From NCBI GenBank assembly GCA_039805545.1, contig JBDLUA010000001.1, forward strand, positions 566-64,565: 64,000 nucleotides of DNA. The letters are read 5' to 3'. The notes below the pieces were generated by a model. It ran no database searches. It had not been told where the DNA came from and saw nothing but the letters and a program-made list of their open reading frames with translations. A program made the translations under genes and the position numbers. Origin of the DNA: Candidatus Parcubacteria bacterium (GTDB lineage Bacteria; Patescibacteriota; Minisyncoccia; Phycocordibacterales; JAACPR01). Shown in pieces: positions 28,857 through 39,384 of the stretch (the stretch's first letter is position 1; each line of letters starts with the position of its first letter).

Positions 28857-29703
28857 GCAACTTCTTCGCTTTCTTGTCTAACTTCTTTGGAATATCAATC
28901 GATACAACTACATAGAGATCTCCTCGTGTATGTTTATTGTATTGCACACCTTCTCCTTTTATTCTAAATATTTCTCCAGGTCTTGTTGCTTCTGGAATTT
29001 TTATTTCTATTTCTCTTTCAACACCTTGAATTTTCTTTTTTGTTCCAAGAATTAATTCTGTTGGTTTGAGTTTGAGTTCTGTTTCAAGATGATATCCATT
29101 CTTTACAAGTGTTGGGTGCTTCTCTACATGAACAATTACAAGCAAGTCTCCTGGGTTTCCATCTTGAATAGGTTCTCCCTTACCTGGAACTTTGAGAATT
29201 TGTCTATCTTCAATTCCTGCTGGAATAGAAATTTCAACTTCATGTTTTTGTGAATCTCTTTTTTTATAAAATGAAATCTTTTTTGTAACTCCAAATACAG
29301 ATTCTTTAAATGAAATAGTTACATCTACTTGAATGTTTTGACCTTTTGGTGTTCGCCTCATTCCACCACCAAAGAATTGTGAAAAAATATCTCCAAGATC
29401 AAAGTCTGCATGTTGCCCTCCAAACCCTCCGGTGAACTGTGAAAAATCAAATCCTTCAAACCCTCCAAATCCACCCTGCCCTCCTTGTCCATTAAAGTTT
29501 GCAGAACCAAATGTATCGTATTGCTTTCGCTTCTCTTCATTTCCTAGTATCGAATATGCTTCGTTTATTTCTTTAAACTTTTTTTCATCTCCTGTTTTTT
29601 TATCAGGGTGATATTGTTGTGCAAGCTTTCGAAATGCTTTCTTAATCTCGTCTTGTGACGCGCTCTTCTCTACACCTAGAATTTTGTAATAGTCATGTGC
29701 CAT
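28828..29703 (-). CDS. dnaJ: DnaJ-like co-chaperone (J-domain plus G/F region plus C-terminal domain, no zinc finger; CbpA-like)
   Basis: J-domain [32 protein letters not shown] and a G/F-rich linker. The CxxCxGxG repeats are absent. Confidence 0.8.
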   Translation of the reverse strand: MAHDYYKILGVEKSASQDEIKKAFRKLAQQYHPDKKTGDEKKFKEINEAYSILGNEEKRKQYDTFGSANFNGQGGQGGFGGFEGFDFSQFTGGFGGQHADFDLGDIFSQFFGGGMRRTPKGQNIQVDVTISFKESVFGVTKKISFYKKRDSQKHEVEISIPAGIEDRQILKVPGKGEPIQDGNPGDLLVIVHVEKHPTLVKNGYHLETELKLKPTELILGTKKKIQGVEREIEIKIPEATRPGEIFRIKGEGVQYNKHTRGDLYVVVSIDIPKKLDKKAKKLLEELQDLGV

Positions 29704-29794
29704 AGTGTGCTGATTTTAGCAGAAAATAGGAGAAATGGAAGGCATTGATTCTTTTTAAAGATGAGATAAATTGTAATAAACAGATCCAACAATT

Positions 29795-30280
29795 ATGAAA
29801 ATCAAACACTATCCGCGTCGACACCTGGCGAATATTCGAAATGCACTTAAAGAAATCATCGACATGAGTCACAAAAACAGAATCGATGCTACCTCAGCTG
29901 CCTCTTGTGAACTTATGGCGGAAGATATCCCGTCTGCCAGACAACTTCAGTTGGAGGTCGCGCAAGGCTTGCGCGAAAGAATCGCTGAAAGGAACGCAAG
30001 AATCGAAGCCCTCAAAAAATGGGTAGAAAAAAGGTCTCCGCGCTTTTTCGAGAAAGTCACTTTTGTTCAGGGATACATCACCACCTGGGATCTTGACTTG
30101 CCCGCTATACGCCATGCTCCGGTTGTGGTGGCTCATCCAAGAAAAAAACATTCTGAAGAATTGACCTTAGAGAAGCGCACTGCTCATCTCGAGCGGCGTC
30201 GCTCCGCAATGAAACAATGGTATTGCTTCTTCTTTGGAACGAGTCACTTGGAAAGTCATTCTTTGTTTGAAAAAGATTGA
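29795..30280 (+). CDS. hypothetical protein (GC-richer), antisense-oriented within the dnaK-dnaJ gap
   Basis: 161-aa ORF with balanced charged composition. It is followed by a bidirectional hairpin at 30291-30319. Confidence 0.35.
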   Translation: MKIKHYPRRHLANIRNALKEIIDMSHKNRIDATSAASCELMAEDIPSARQLQLEVAQGLRERIAERNARIEALKKWVEKRSPRFFEKVTFVQGYITTWDLDLPAIRHAPVVVAHPRKKHSEELTLEKRTAHLERRRSAMKQWYCFFFGTSHLESHSLFEKD

Positions 30281-30329
30281 TTTTCTTATCGAAAGCCGCC
30301 CCGTAAGGGGCGGCTCTTCTCATTTTAGA

Positions 30330-32225
30330 TTATTTTTGTTCTTCCTCTTCCGGTTTCACTTCTTCAGCATCCTTTACTTCCGGTTCTCCTTCTGTCTTAG
30401 GTTGCTCGGCGTTAGCTTGTTGCCCTGCTTGATACATCTTAGTAGAAACTTCGTTTAATACTTTTGAAAGTTCTACGGTTGCAGTATCAATGTCAGATGC
30501 ATTGTCAGTTGTGATCTTGCTTCGAAGATTTGTGATTTTATCATTGATTGATTTTTGATCATCTTCTGAAATCTTATCTTTGTTTTCATTGATAAGTTTT
30601 TCTGAAGCGTAGATAGTTTGTTCTGCAGTGTTTTTGTGTTCAACAAGTTTTCGTTTTGCTTCATCCTCGGCAGCATGCATTTCTGCATCCTTTTGCATCT
30701 TTTCAATTTCTTCTTTTGAAAGTCCTGATGACGCTTCGATTCGAATTGATTGCTCCTTGTTTGTTGCTTTATCTTTTGCAGATACCTTGAGAATTCCGTT
30801 TGCATCAATGTCAAATGTTACTTCAACTTGAGGAATACCTCGTGGTGCAGGTGGAATTCCATCAAGAACAAATCGTCCAAGAGACTTGTTATCAGTTGCT
30901 TGCGCTCGTTCTCCTTGTACAATGTGAATTTCTACTTGAGTTTGATTATCTGCTGCGGTTGAGAATACTTGTGATCGTGAAGCTGGAATAGTAGTGTTCT
31001 TTTCGATAAGTTTTGTTGCGATTCCCCCCATTGTTTCGATTCCAAGTGAAAGTGGAATCACATCAAGAAGAAGTACGTCCTTTACATCTCCTCCAAGAAT
31101 TCCTCCTTGAATAGCAGCTCCAAGCGCTACTACTTCATCTGGGTTAATTGATTTGTTTGGCTCTTTACCAAAGAATTCTTTTACCTTTGCTTGGATAAGT
31201 GGCATTCGAGTTTGTCCACCTACGAGAATAATTTCTTGAATGTCTTCTTTCTTAAATGGAGAAGCTTCGAGTGCTCGTTTTGTAATTTCAATTGATCGAT
31301 CAATGAATTCCATTGAAAGTTCTTCAAGCTTTGCTCGTGAAAGTTTTTGAACAAGGTGCTCTGGACCATTTGGACCTGATGCAATAAACGGAATGTTGAT
31401 TTCTGTTTCGTTTGCAGTTGAGAGTTCAATCTTTGCTTTTTCTGATTCTTCGTAGAGTCTTTGAAGCGCAAGTGGATCCTTTGCAAGGTCAATTGCTGTT
31501 TGCTTTTTGAATTCATCAATAATCCATTGAATTACTTTTTGATCAATGTCTTTTCCTCCCATGTGTGAGTCTCCATCTGTAGACTTAACTTCAATCACAT
31601 CATCCCCTACTTCAAGTACAGATACATCAAATGTTCCTCCTCCGAAGTCGAATACAACAATCTTTTCTTCTTTCTTTTTTCCAAACCCATATGCAAGAGC
31701 CGCAGCTGTAGGTTCGTTTATGATTCGTTTTACATCAAGACCTGCAATCTTTCCAGCATCCTTAGTTGCTTGTCGTTGTGCATCGTTAAAGTATGCAGGT
31801 ACAGTAACAATGGCTTCGGTGATGGTTTCACCTGTTCGTGCCTCTGCATCTGCTTTTAATTTAGAAAGAATCATTGCAGAAATTTCTTCTGGTCGATAAT
31901 CTTTTCCAGACATTTCCACAACTACTCCTCCATTGTCAGATTTTTTAATTTGATATGGAACAGTTTTTTTATCTTTTTCTACTGACGCATCATCAAATGA
32001 GTGACCAATAAATCGCTTAATACCAAATACAGTATTTTGAGGATTAGTCACAGATTGTCGTTTTGCTGTTTGTCCAACAAGTCGTTCGTTGTTTTTTGAT
32101 ATTGCAACGATAGATGGTGTTGTTCGTGCACCTTCTGCGTTCTCAATAATCTTTGGCTCAGAGGCTTCGATGATAGCCATTGCTGAGTTTGTTGTCCCTA
32201 AATCGATTCCTAGTATTTTTGCCAT
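30330..32225 (-). CDS. dnaK: molecular chaperone DnaK (Hsp70)
   Basis: [30 protein letters not shown] and full Hsp70 architecture. Confidence 0.95.
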   Translation of the reverse strand: MAKILGIDLGTTNSAMAIIEASEPKIIENAEGARTTPSIVAISKNNERLVGQTAKRQSVTNPQNTVFGIKRFIGHSFDDASVEKDKKTVPYQIKKSDNGGVVVEMSGKDYRPEEISAMILSKLKADAEARTGETITEAIVTVPAYFNDAQRQATKDAGKIAGLDVKRIINEPTAAALAYGFGKKKEEKIVVFDFGGGTFDVSVLEVGDDVIEVKSTDGDSHMGGKDIDQKVIQWIIDEFKKQTAIDLAKDPLALQRLYEESEKAKIELSTANETEINIPFIASGPNGPEHLVQKLSRAKLEELSMEFIDRSIEITKRALEASPFKKEDIQEIILVGGQTRMPLIQAKVKEFFGKEPNKSINPDEVVALGAAIQGGILGGDVKDVLLLDVIPLSLGIETMGGIATKLIEKNTTIPASRSQVFSTAADNQTQVEIHIVQGERAQATDNKSLGRFVLDGIPPAPRGIPQVEVTFDIDANGILKVSAKDKATNKEQSIRIEASSGLSKEEIEKMQKDAEMHAAEDEAKRKLVEHKNTAEQTIYASEKLINENKDKISEDDQKSINDKITNLRSKITTDNASDIDTATVELSKVLNEVSTKMYQAGQQANAEQPKTEGEPEVKDAEEVKPEEEEQK

Positions 32226-32269
32226 AGTATTTTGATTATTAGCCTGATAATTGTGTGCGTATTTTAAAT

Positions 32270-32833
32270 TTATTTTTCGTATTTGTAAACTTTCACTGAT
32301 GCTGCTCGGATAATTCGTGAAGGAGTTCGATATCCTTTCAAAATTACCTGTGCTACCGTATGATCAAGCGTTTCATCATCAGTGGACACCTCCTCTATCG
32401 CCTCGTGTTCTTCAGGCGAAAATGCTTGATTAAGAGGGTTTATCTCTGTCACCCCGTACTCTTCAAGTACTCGTTTGAATTGCTGGTGAACATATTCAAA
32501 CCCAGTAAGCCATTTTTTGAATGAGTCATCAAAGTTTCCCGCAAGAGCCATGTCAAAACTATCAAGTATTGGTAAAAGAGATTCAACAATTGAAATGGTA
32601 GAACTATCTTTTGCTTGAGTAAAGATGGATTCGTTTTGTTTTTTGTAATTAATAAAATCAGCTTGCGCTCTTTGCCAACCAGAAAGATACTCTTCTTTTT
32701 CACTTTGACATTTGTCTAGTTTTTCTTTAAGAGTTTTTATCTTTTTTTGATAGTCTTGACCGACATGAGAGTCTTCACTAAATTCTTCTTCAAGTATGAT
32801 GTCATCAGTTGTGTCTTGATGTTTTTTTGTCAT
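32270..32833 (-). CDS. grpE: nucleotide exchange factor GrpE
   Basis: GrpE C-terminal beta domain and coiled-coil N-terminus. It lies immediately upstream of dnaK. Confidence 0.9.
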   Translation of the reverse strand: MTKKHQDTTDDIILEEEFSEDSHVGQDYQKKIKTLKEKLDKCQSEKEEYLSGWQRAQADFINYKKQNESIFTQAKDSSTISIVESLLPILDSFDMALAGNFDDSFKKWLTGFEYVHQQFKRVLEEYGVTEINPLNQAFSPEEHEAIEEVSTDDETLDHTVAQVILKGYRTPSRIIRAASVKVYKYEK

Positions 32834-32870
32834 GTTGAAATTAAGTTAGTGTGCTGAGTTGTCATTCCTG

Positions 32871-32994
32871 CGTAGGCAGGAATCCAGGATCACTGTAAGA
32901 AGTAGTAAGATAAAAATCTAAACCATTTCTTTATATTTCTTGTTTCGTACCTGGATCCCCGCCTTCGCGGGGATGACGTGCTAATAAAACAGGG
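32871..32994. mobile_element. composite double-hairpin palindromic repeat (~125 bp), inverted copy of 27968-28090, between rpsI and grpE
   Basis: GTCATTCCTGCGTAGGCAGGAATCCAGG ... CCTGGATCCCCGCCTTCGCGGGGATGACGTGCTAA, with a conserved internal spacer (AAACCATTTCTTTA...). Confidence 0.75.
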
Positions 32995-32995
32995 A

Positions 32996-33415
32996 TTATC
33001 GCTTACTCCATTGAGCAGCTTTTCGAGCTTTCTTGAGACCGAACTTTCGTCGTTCTTTTGCTCGTGGATCTCGCTTAAGAAATCCTTTCTTTTTGAGGTC
33101 TTTTCGAAGTTCTTCGTTGAACTTTACAAGTGCTCGTGAGATAGCAAGTCGTACACTTTCTGCTTGTGAAGAAATTCCTCCACCGTTTACTTTTGCAGTT
33201 ACTTCAAACTTTGTTGTAAGTTCTGTATCAAGGAAAGCTTCTCCTGCTGTTTTTTGTAGAGTTTCTGTTTTGAAAAATTCAACAACTGGCTTGTCGTTTA
33301 CTGTGATAGAATTTGTCTTTGATTCAAAAAGTCGAACTCGTGCGACTGATTCTTTTCGTCGTCCAATTGCTTCAATATATTTTTCTGATTTTTTTGTTGC
33401 CATATTCTTATTCAC
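32996..33415 (-). CDS. rpsI: 30S ribosomal protein S9
   Basis: Ends ...KKARKAAQWSKR, matching the S9 C-terminus. Confidence 0.9.
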   Translation of the reverse strand: MNKNMATKKSEKYIEAIGRRKESVARVRLFESKTNSITVNDKPVVEFFKTETLQKTAGEAFLDTELTTKFEVTAKVNGGGISSQAESVRLAISRALVKFNEELRKDLKKKGFLKRDPRAKERRKFGLKKARKAAQWSKR

Positions 33416-33749
33416 TAATCTTTAGTTTTTTAATCATTTCTGCTCGAAGTCGATTCTTTGGAAGCATTCCCATGATGGCCTTTCGATATACTTCAGCAAC
33501 ACCTCGCTTTGCGATCATTTGATCCATTGATCGAGTTTTAAGACCACTTGGATATCCTGTAAACCATTTGTATTCTTTTTCATCTTTCTTCTTGTCTGAA
33601 ATATCAGCCTTTGAAGCATTGATGATATGAACTCCTTCTGTAGTAACCTTGTTAGGTTCGTACATTGGTGAGTCTTTACCCATAAGAATCATTGCTGCTT
33701 CTTGAGCTATTCGACCGATTTTTTTGTTTGTTGCGTCAATTGTTTTCAT
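33408..33749 (-). CDS. rplM: 50S ribosomal protein L13
   Basis: L13 core (…YRKAIMGMLPKNRLRAEMIKKLKI) overlapping rpsI by 8 nt. It is shorter than typical L13, so the start may be a non-ATG codon upstream. Confidence 0.8.
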   Translation of the reverse strand: MKTIDATNKKIGRIAQEAAMILMGKDSPMYEPNKVTTEGVHIINASKADISDKKKDEKEYKWFTGYPSGLKTRSMDQMIAKRGVAEVYRKAIMGMLPKNRLRAEMIKKLKISE

Positions 33750-33760
33750 GTTTGATTCTA

Positions 33761-34111
33761 TTATGCTACAAATTCGATATAAGCCATTTTACTTCCGTCA
33801 CTCTTTCGTGGTTCCATCTTCACGATTCGTGTGTATCCTCCGTTTCGGTCTTGCATGTTTGAAGCAATTGATTCGAGTTCTCGTGCTACATCAAAACTTC
33901 CAGTTTGTGATTGGATAACCCGCTTTGTATGTAGATCACTTGTTTTTGATTTAGTAACAAGCTTTTCGATCATTGGTCGAAGTTCCTTTGCTTTTGCTTC
34001 GGTAGTTACAATTCGCTTATATTTTACAAGGTTGTACACCAAACCATTCATCAAAGCATTTCTTTGAGTTTTGGTTCGTCCGAATTTTCGTTTTGTATTG
34101 TGGTGTCTCAT
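33761..34111 (-). CDS. rplQ: 50S ribosomal protein L17
   Basis: MRHHNTKRKFGRTKTQRNALMNGL matches the L17 N-terminus. Confidence 0.9.
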   Translation of the reverse strand: MRHHNTKRKFGRTKTQRNALMNGLVYNLVKYKRIVTTEAKAKELRPMIEKLVTKSKTSDLHTKRVIQSQTGSFDVARELESIASNMQDRNGGYTRIVKMEPRKSDGSKMAYIEFVA

Positions 34112-34157
34112 GGCCTTATAGATTAATATAATTTAAGTATTTTGTAAAGATTGGGTA

Positions 34158-35114
34158 TTAGTCTTTGAGTTCGATTCCGTGTTTTGCAAGAAGTTCTTTG
34201 ATTTCTTCAAGTCCTTTGTTGCCAAACCCTTCGATTTCGAGGATATCAGCAGACTTCTTTCGTGCAAGACCTCCTACTGTTCGGATGTTTGCGTTTGAAA
34301 GTGCATTAATTGTTCGTGCTGAAAGTTCGAGATCTTCGATTCGTGTTTTAAGAAAATCTTCAACATCGATTTCTTCTTTTATATCAGATTCGATTGTTGC
34401 TGATTGCATAGGAAGCTCTACTTCTTCTTTGAATCCAACAACTGCTTTGAGTTGTGTAATCATTGTTGAAATTGATCGTTCAAGTGCTTCTTTTGGAGTG
34501 ATTGTTCCGTCTGTTTCGATAGTAAGTCGAAGTCGGTTGTAATCTGTTCGATCACCTACTCGCATGTTTTCTGATTCGTAGTTTACTCGTCGAATTGGAG
34601 TAAAGATTGCATCAAGTGCAATTGTTCCTACTTCTACTTTATCTTTGTGAAGCATTTCTTTTGGTACAAAACCAATTCCATTCTCCACTTTGATTTCCAT
34701 TTTTACTTCTGTCTTTGTTGTAATTTCAAAAAGCTCAAGATCTTTGTTGATGATCTCAATTTGTGATGGAACATTGATGTCTGCTGCAGTTACTTTCTTT
34801 GGTCCTTTTACATTAAGTTCAACTTTCATTGGTTCGTGATTGTCCATTGTAAGTCGAATTTTCTTAAGGTTAAGAATGATAGAGATAACATCTTCTTTTA
34901 CACCTTCAATTGTTGAGAATTCATGTCCTACACCTTCGATTTTAACTTCTGTTACAGCTGTTCCTGGAAGTGAAGAAAGAATAATTCGTCGGAGTGAGTT
35001 TCCAAGTGTGTGACCGTATCCTGGGTAAAGTCCATCAATTTCGTAAATACCCTTGAAGTTTTCTTCAGATACAATCTTTGGCTTTGATGGAATGGCAATG
35101 TTTTGTTCGATCAT
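34158..35114 (-). CDS. rpoA: DNA-directed RNA polymerase subunit alpha
   Basis: N-terminal dimerisation domain and C-terminal alpha-CTD (…TVGGLARKKSADILEIEGFG). Confidence 0.9.
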   Translation of the reverse strand: MIEQNIAIPSKPKIVSEENFKGIYEIDGLYPGYGHTLGNSLRRIILSSLPGTAVTEVKIEGVGHEFSTIEGVKEDVISIILNLKKIRLTMDNHEPMKVELNVKGPKKVTAADINVPSQIEIINKDLELFEITTKTEVKMEIKVENGIGFVPKEMLHKDKVEVGTIALDAIFTPIRRVNYESENMRVGDRTDYNRLRLTIETDGTITPKEALERSISTMITQLKAVVGFKEEVELPMQSATIESDIKEEIDVEDFLKTRIEDLELSARTINALSNANIRTVGGLARKKSADILEIEGFGNKGLEEIKELLAKHGIELKD

Positions 35115-35135
35115 AATATTTTATGTTACTTAAAA

Positions 35136-35744
35136 TTATTTTTTGTAATATTCCATTACTGAGTTCAAATCGAAATGCAATTCTTGCGGTACATATGTGG
35201 CCTCACCAGTTATTTTTACTGATAAGTCTTTTGCATTTACTTTAAGCCATGCGGGTGTGTTTGCTTCGTTGAGAGATTTTTCTGCGTTTTCAAAGAGTTT
35301 CTTTGATTTACTTCCCTCTCGCACAGCAATCACATCGTCTTTTTTGACTGCATAAGAAGGAATATTTACTCGAACACCATTTACAGTGAAGTGTCCGTGA
35401 GATACAGCTTGTCGAGCCATAAGTCGTGATTTTACAAATCCTGATTTAAGAACTACGTTATCAAGTCGATTTTCGAGAAGTTTAAAGAGAAGGTCTGATT
35501 GACCAGTTTTTGAAGTTTCAATTACTTTCTTTACGTAATTTTTTAGTTGTTTTTCAACGATACAGTATGTGAATCGTACTTTTTGTTTTTCAATAAGTTG
35601 TTGTCCGAATACAGAAGAAGGTCTTTTTTGTCGAAGATTTTTTGTCTTCTTTTGTTCATTCAAAGAGAACTTAGCTGTTTGTGTTTTTTCAAACACTGCA
35701 GATCCAAGTCTTCGAGCGATTTTATATTTTGGTCCTATATGCAT
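35136..35744 (-). CDS. rpsD: 30S ribosomal protein S4
   Basis: S4 N-terminus and S4 RNA-binding domain (RLDNVVLKSGFVKSRLMARQAVSHGH). Confidence 0.9.
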   Translation of the reverse strand: MHIGPKYKIARRLGSAVFEKTQTAKFSLNEQKKTKNLRQKRPSSVFGQQLIEKQKVRFTYCIVEKQLKNYVKKVIETSKTGQSDLLFKLLENRLDNVVLKSGFVKSRLMARQAVSHGHFTVNGVRVNIPSYAVKKDDVIAVREGSKSKKLFENAEKSLNEANTPAWLKVNAKDLSVKITGEATYVPQELHFDLNSVMEYYKK

Positions 35745-35768
35745 AACTCAATCTTTATAAATTAATAA

Positions 35769-36197
35769 TTAAACTCGTCTAGGCTTAGGCGGTTTTGGTC
35801 CGTTGTGAGGTACAGGAGTTCTATCTTTGATAGATTTGATAGCAATTCCCTTTGAGATAAAACCTCGAATTGAAGATTCTCGGCCTGATCCTACACCTTT
35901 TACGATAACATCTACCTCTTTTAATCCAAGCTTCTCTGCTTTTTCTGCAAGCTCTTCAGCTGCTTTTGAAGCGGCAAAAGGAGTACCTTTTTTGGCACCC
36001 TTGAATCCAAGTGCTCCTGATGAAGCTGCACAGATAGCGTTTCCTTTTGTATCTGTAAGAAGAAGCTTTGTGTTGTTAAAAGTTGATTGCACGTACAAAA
36101 TACCTGCATCAAGCTTTTTTCTTGGAAGCTTCTTTCCTGCTCCTGATTTTACAGAAGAGTCATTAGATCCTTTTTTTACGATTCGTTTTTTTCCCAT
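35769..36197 (-). CDS. rpsK: 30S ribosomal protein S11
   Basis: GILYVQSTFNNTKLLLTD...GALGFKGAKKGTPFAA. Confidence 0.9.
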   Translation of the reverse strand: MGKKRIVKKGSNDSSVKSGAGKKLPRKKLDAGILYVQSTFNNTKLLLTDTKGNAICAASSGALGFKGAKKGTPFAASKAAEELAEKAEKLGLKEVDVIVKGVGSGRESSIRGFISKGIAIKSIKDRTPVPHNGPKPPKPRRV

Positions 36198-36203
36198 ACT
36201 ATT

Positions 36204-36584
36204 TTATTTCTTGTCTACGGTTTTTCGTCCTGAACCCATAGTCTTTCGAACATTACCTCGTACTGTTCGAGAGTTTGTTTTGGTTCGTTGACCTCGTGCT
36301 GGTAATTTTCGACTGTGTCGTGTTCCTCTGTAAGCAGAAATATCTTTCAATCGTTTGATATTTGAAGAAATTTCTCGCTTAAGTTCTCCTTCAATTTTAA
36401 TTTTTTCAATAACTTCTCGAATTTTGTTTTCATCATCAGCTGACAAATCAGTTGCTTTTTTTGTTGACTCAATACCAACTTTTGAAAGTATAGACTTTGC
36501 TCGCGCTCGTCCAATACCATAAATAGCTGTAAGTGCAAACTCAAGCTGCTTGTCATCTGGAATTGTTATACCCTGTATTCTCAT
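36204..36584 (-). CDS. rpsM: 30S ribosomal protein S13
   Basis: MRIQGITIPDDKQLEFALTAIYGIGRARAKSIL. Confidence 0.9.
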   Translation of the reverse strand: MRIQGITIPDDKQLEFALTAIYGIGRARAKSILSKVGIESTKKATDLSADDENKIREVIEKIKIEGELKREISSNIKRLKDISAYRGTRHSRKLPARGQRTKTNSRTVRGNVRKTMGSGRKTVDKK

Positions 36585-36644
36585 TGAATTCTCTTTTTTG
36601 TTAGATGCCTAGTGTATCAAAAGAAACCTTTGTTGTAAAGGGTG

Positions 36645-36854
36645 TTATAACCGTTTTACGATTCTTGCCTTGCCACCATATGGATCTTCGAGGACCTCTA
36701 CAGTATCTCCCACCAAAACTCGAATTTTGTGCATTCTCATTTTGCCCGAAAGATACGCAATTGTTTCTTTTTCTCCTCCAATTAAGATTCGAAAAAGCGT
36801 GTTAGGCATTGCTTCAATTACTGTTCCTTTTACCGTTTCTTCTTTACTTTGCAT
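36645..36854 (-). CDS. infA: translation initiation factor IF-1
   Basis: S1-like OB fold (GTVIEAMPNTLFRILIGGEKETIAYLSGKMRMHKIRVLVGDTV). Confidence 0.9.
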   Translation of the reverse strand: MQSKEETVKGTVIEAMPNTLFRILIGGEKETIAYLSGKMRMHKIRVLVGDTVEVLEDPYGGKARIVKRL

Positions 36855-36889
36855 TTCAAATTTGTATCAATATTTAAGGCTTATGTCAA

Positions 36890-38233
36890 TTATTCCTGAA
36901 TAATAACTTCGATTTTTGAAGGGTCTTCTGGGAATGAGGACTTCCAAAATGGTTTAAGCTCTGCTTTTGCGTTTTCAAAAGATGAGTATCCATCGATAAT
37001 TTTTGCAATTTCACTTCGTTTTTTACCGGCAAAGTCTTTTTGAAGCTTTTCAGACTCAGTTGCATATGTAATAAGGCTTGTTCCTGACACTTTTATACCA
37101 TCTTCTCCTATGAGAAATGCGAGTTTTGAAGTATCAAGGGTAAATGTGTCCGTAGTAGACGCTCCACTAATTGAGTTCTGACCAATAAAGTTAGAAAGAT
37201 CTTTTTTTACAAAAGAATACGCATCTACTCGTGCAGTAAGTGTAAGTACTACTGAGTCTCCTTGTGCCTTATCTTGGAGTTCTCCAAATGAGAGTGTACT
37301 CATATCTGGAACAAGCACATACTCAGTTGATTGGTTTTGATCTTGTGAGAATTGATTTTGTAGATCTTGCTCAAGGTCTTTTCGAGCTTGTTCTTTGGCT
37401 TCATCTGATACTACTTTTTGAATACCAATATATCCACCCGTGATATCTCCTATGTTTTCGGCAGTAATCTTGTCGAATTGTTCTTTTCCTGAAAATCCTG
37501 GAATTGTAAATTTAACTTGTCCTGAAGTGTTGTAATCCTCTCCTGCACTGTCAGCAAATACTTCAACATCAAGTGTTCCTGGTACCATTGTTCCTCCGTT
37601 CATTGTATATCCTGGTATTACAATCGAATCTCTGATTCGATAAATAAGTCCGTTTGGAGCTTGGAATCGAGTGTTCTTTACAAGTTCTTGTGGAGCATCC
37701 TTGTGTTTGTTTGTGATTCTTATCTTTCCACTTGCTTGTTTTTCTACTTGTTGCTCGCCTGTTGCAGGAAGAGTCTTGCTTGCTGACTTTGAAAGTTGAG
37801 TCTTTGTTGCCAGTTTGTTTGTTCCATCTGTTGGAATTACAATCGCAACCTCTGCAGTTGTCTTCTTTGGTGTAATTGTGATCTTTGCATCAGTTTGACC
37901 TATAAGAATTGCAAAAAAGATAAGAACACCGATACCAACGGCCATTATAATTTTTTTTGAGCCAGACTTTTTTCTTTTGTGAGGCTTTCGAGGAGCTTCG
38001 TATTCTTCCTCTTCTTCAACTTCTTCTCTTTGATATGCGTGAGGCTCAGGTGCTCTTTGTGGTTCTTCATATGAAGAATATGTAGGAGTTTCAAAAACTT
38101 CTTCTTGAGGTTCTACATCTCGCATCTTTGGTTTTCGAGGTGTTCGTACTTCTTTATGGTTTGGAAGTGGAATATCTCGTATTGATCGTTTTGAACTTGA
38201 TGGAACTACATCTTGTAAGAAATTCTTTTTCAT
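36890..38233 (-). CDS. hypothetical bitopic membrane protein (acidic cytoplasmic N-terminus, one TM, large extracytoplasmic domain)
   Basis: 447 aa. TM helix IIMAVGIGVLIFFAILIG lies after about 95 charged residues. No catalytic motifs. Confidence 0.45.
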   Translation of the reverse strand: MKKNFLQDVVPSSSKRSIRDIPLPNHKEVRTPRKPKMRDVEPQEEVFETPTYSSYEEPQRAPEPHAYQREEVEEEEEYEAPRKPHKRKKSGSKKIIMAVGIGVLIFFAILIGQTDAKITITPKKTTAEVAIVIPTDGTNKLATKTQLSKSASKTLPATGEQQVEKQASGKIRITNKHKDAPQELVKNTRFQAPNGLIYRIRDSIVIPGYTMNGGTMVPGTLDVEVFADSAGEDYNTSGQVKFTIPGFSGKEQFDKITAENIGDITGGYIGIQKVVSDEAKEQARKDLEQDLQNQFSQDQNQSTEYVLVPDMSTLSFGELQDKAQGDSVVLTLTARVDAYSFVKKDLSNFIGQNSISGASTTDTFTLDTSKLAFLIGEDGIKVSGTSLITYATESEKLQKDFAGKKRSEIAKIIDGYSSFENAKAELKPFWKSSFPEDPSKIEVIIQE

Positions 38234-38248
38234 ATCGTGTATGCAACT

Positions 38249-39382
38249 TTAAATTAATGCCTCTAATGTTAAATCTAACTCAATTTCTCCTATCGGAGTC
38301 TTGTAGGTAATTATATCTTTTAACAAAGAGATATCAAAATTAATTATTCTATGGTTTTTGAGGTTCATCTGAGCATTATTTTGCAATGTTTTTGAAAGAA
38401 TCTCGGTAAAAAAGCTCACAACCTTTGGATTTGAGAGTACTAAAAACTTGTGTGGGACATGAGTTCCAAAATATTGAAGAGTTTGAATTACAGAATTCCC
38501 CCATGATTGCATTACCGTATCTAGTTGTACTTGAGATTGTGGAGATTTAATAAGAACTTCTTTTTGATAGAGTAAATCATACTCATATGACTTAATATTT
38601 GTTTGTAGTGCCCGAAGAAAGTCGTGAATACCAATTGGGAATGTTGCAAATTGCACAAGTGCATCATCTTGAATAATTCCAACCTCAGTAATCTCCCCAC
38701 TTACATACACAAAGACAAGATTATCCTCCTTAATCATAAACCGTGTTGTGTTCTCAACAATAGTCATAGGACTTGTTTTGCAATGAGCAGTTTTAGATTC
38801 TGGAAAATACTGTTTAAGAATATCTTTGAGCATTGAGTATGTGTCTTTTGCTATAAAACTTGAATACACATCAATTTGAACATGAGAACATCGAGTATTT
38901 TCAATGTGTGTAATTGTGTATCCGTTTGTTTGAATCTTTGTAATACATTTTTCGAGTACATAGAGCTTATCATCGGCAGGAATCTTTTTAAGTTCTTGTT
39001 CTATAAAATCATCATTAAGTACAATTTCATTTTCAAAATTTAAAGAATCAATTCGTGATGTGAACCAAGGAGTGTGGAGAATAAACACTATAGTGCACGG
39101 GTTATTTTGAATTATTTGTTTGATAGAGGTGTGGTTTTTTTCAAAAGCAGCTTTAAGCTCTTTGATATAAGTGTTGGTATATAGTTTTGGATCTTGAGAG
39201 TTTTGTAAAAAAAGAATATTGCGTTCAACAAACAACACTTCCCTCTTATTGTTTGGAAGAACCTTAATTAATTGAAAATCAATAGAAGAACTTTTTAAAG
39301 AAATGTGTAATGAGTATGTAAAAGTATTCTTAGGTTTTAAGAAAGGCATAGGAGTATTATAGCATAGAACATTTATAAACAA
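38249..39382 (-). CDS. hypothetical protein
   Basis: 377-aa ORF with no motifs recognised. Confidence 0.4.
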   Translation of the reverse strand: MFINVLCYNTPMPFLKPKNTFTYSLHISLKSSSIDFQLIKVLPNNKREVLFVERNILFLQNSQDPKLYTNTYIKELKAAFEKNHTSIKQIIQNNPCTIVFILHTPWFTSRIDSLNFENEIVLNDDFIEQELKKIPADDKLYVLEKCITKIQTNGYTITHIENTRCSHVQIDVYSSFIAKDTYSMLKDILKQYFPESKTAHCKTSPMTIVENTTRFMIKEDNLVFVYVSGEITEVGIIQDDALVQFATFPIGIHDFLRALQTNIKSYEYDLLYQKEVLIKSPQSQVQLDTVMQSWGNSVIQTLQYFGTHVPHKFLVLSNPKVVSFFTEILSKTLQNNAQMNLKNHRIINFDISLLKDIITYKTPIGEIELDLTLEALI

Positions 39383-39384
39383 TT

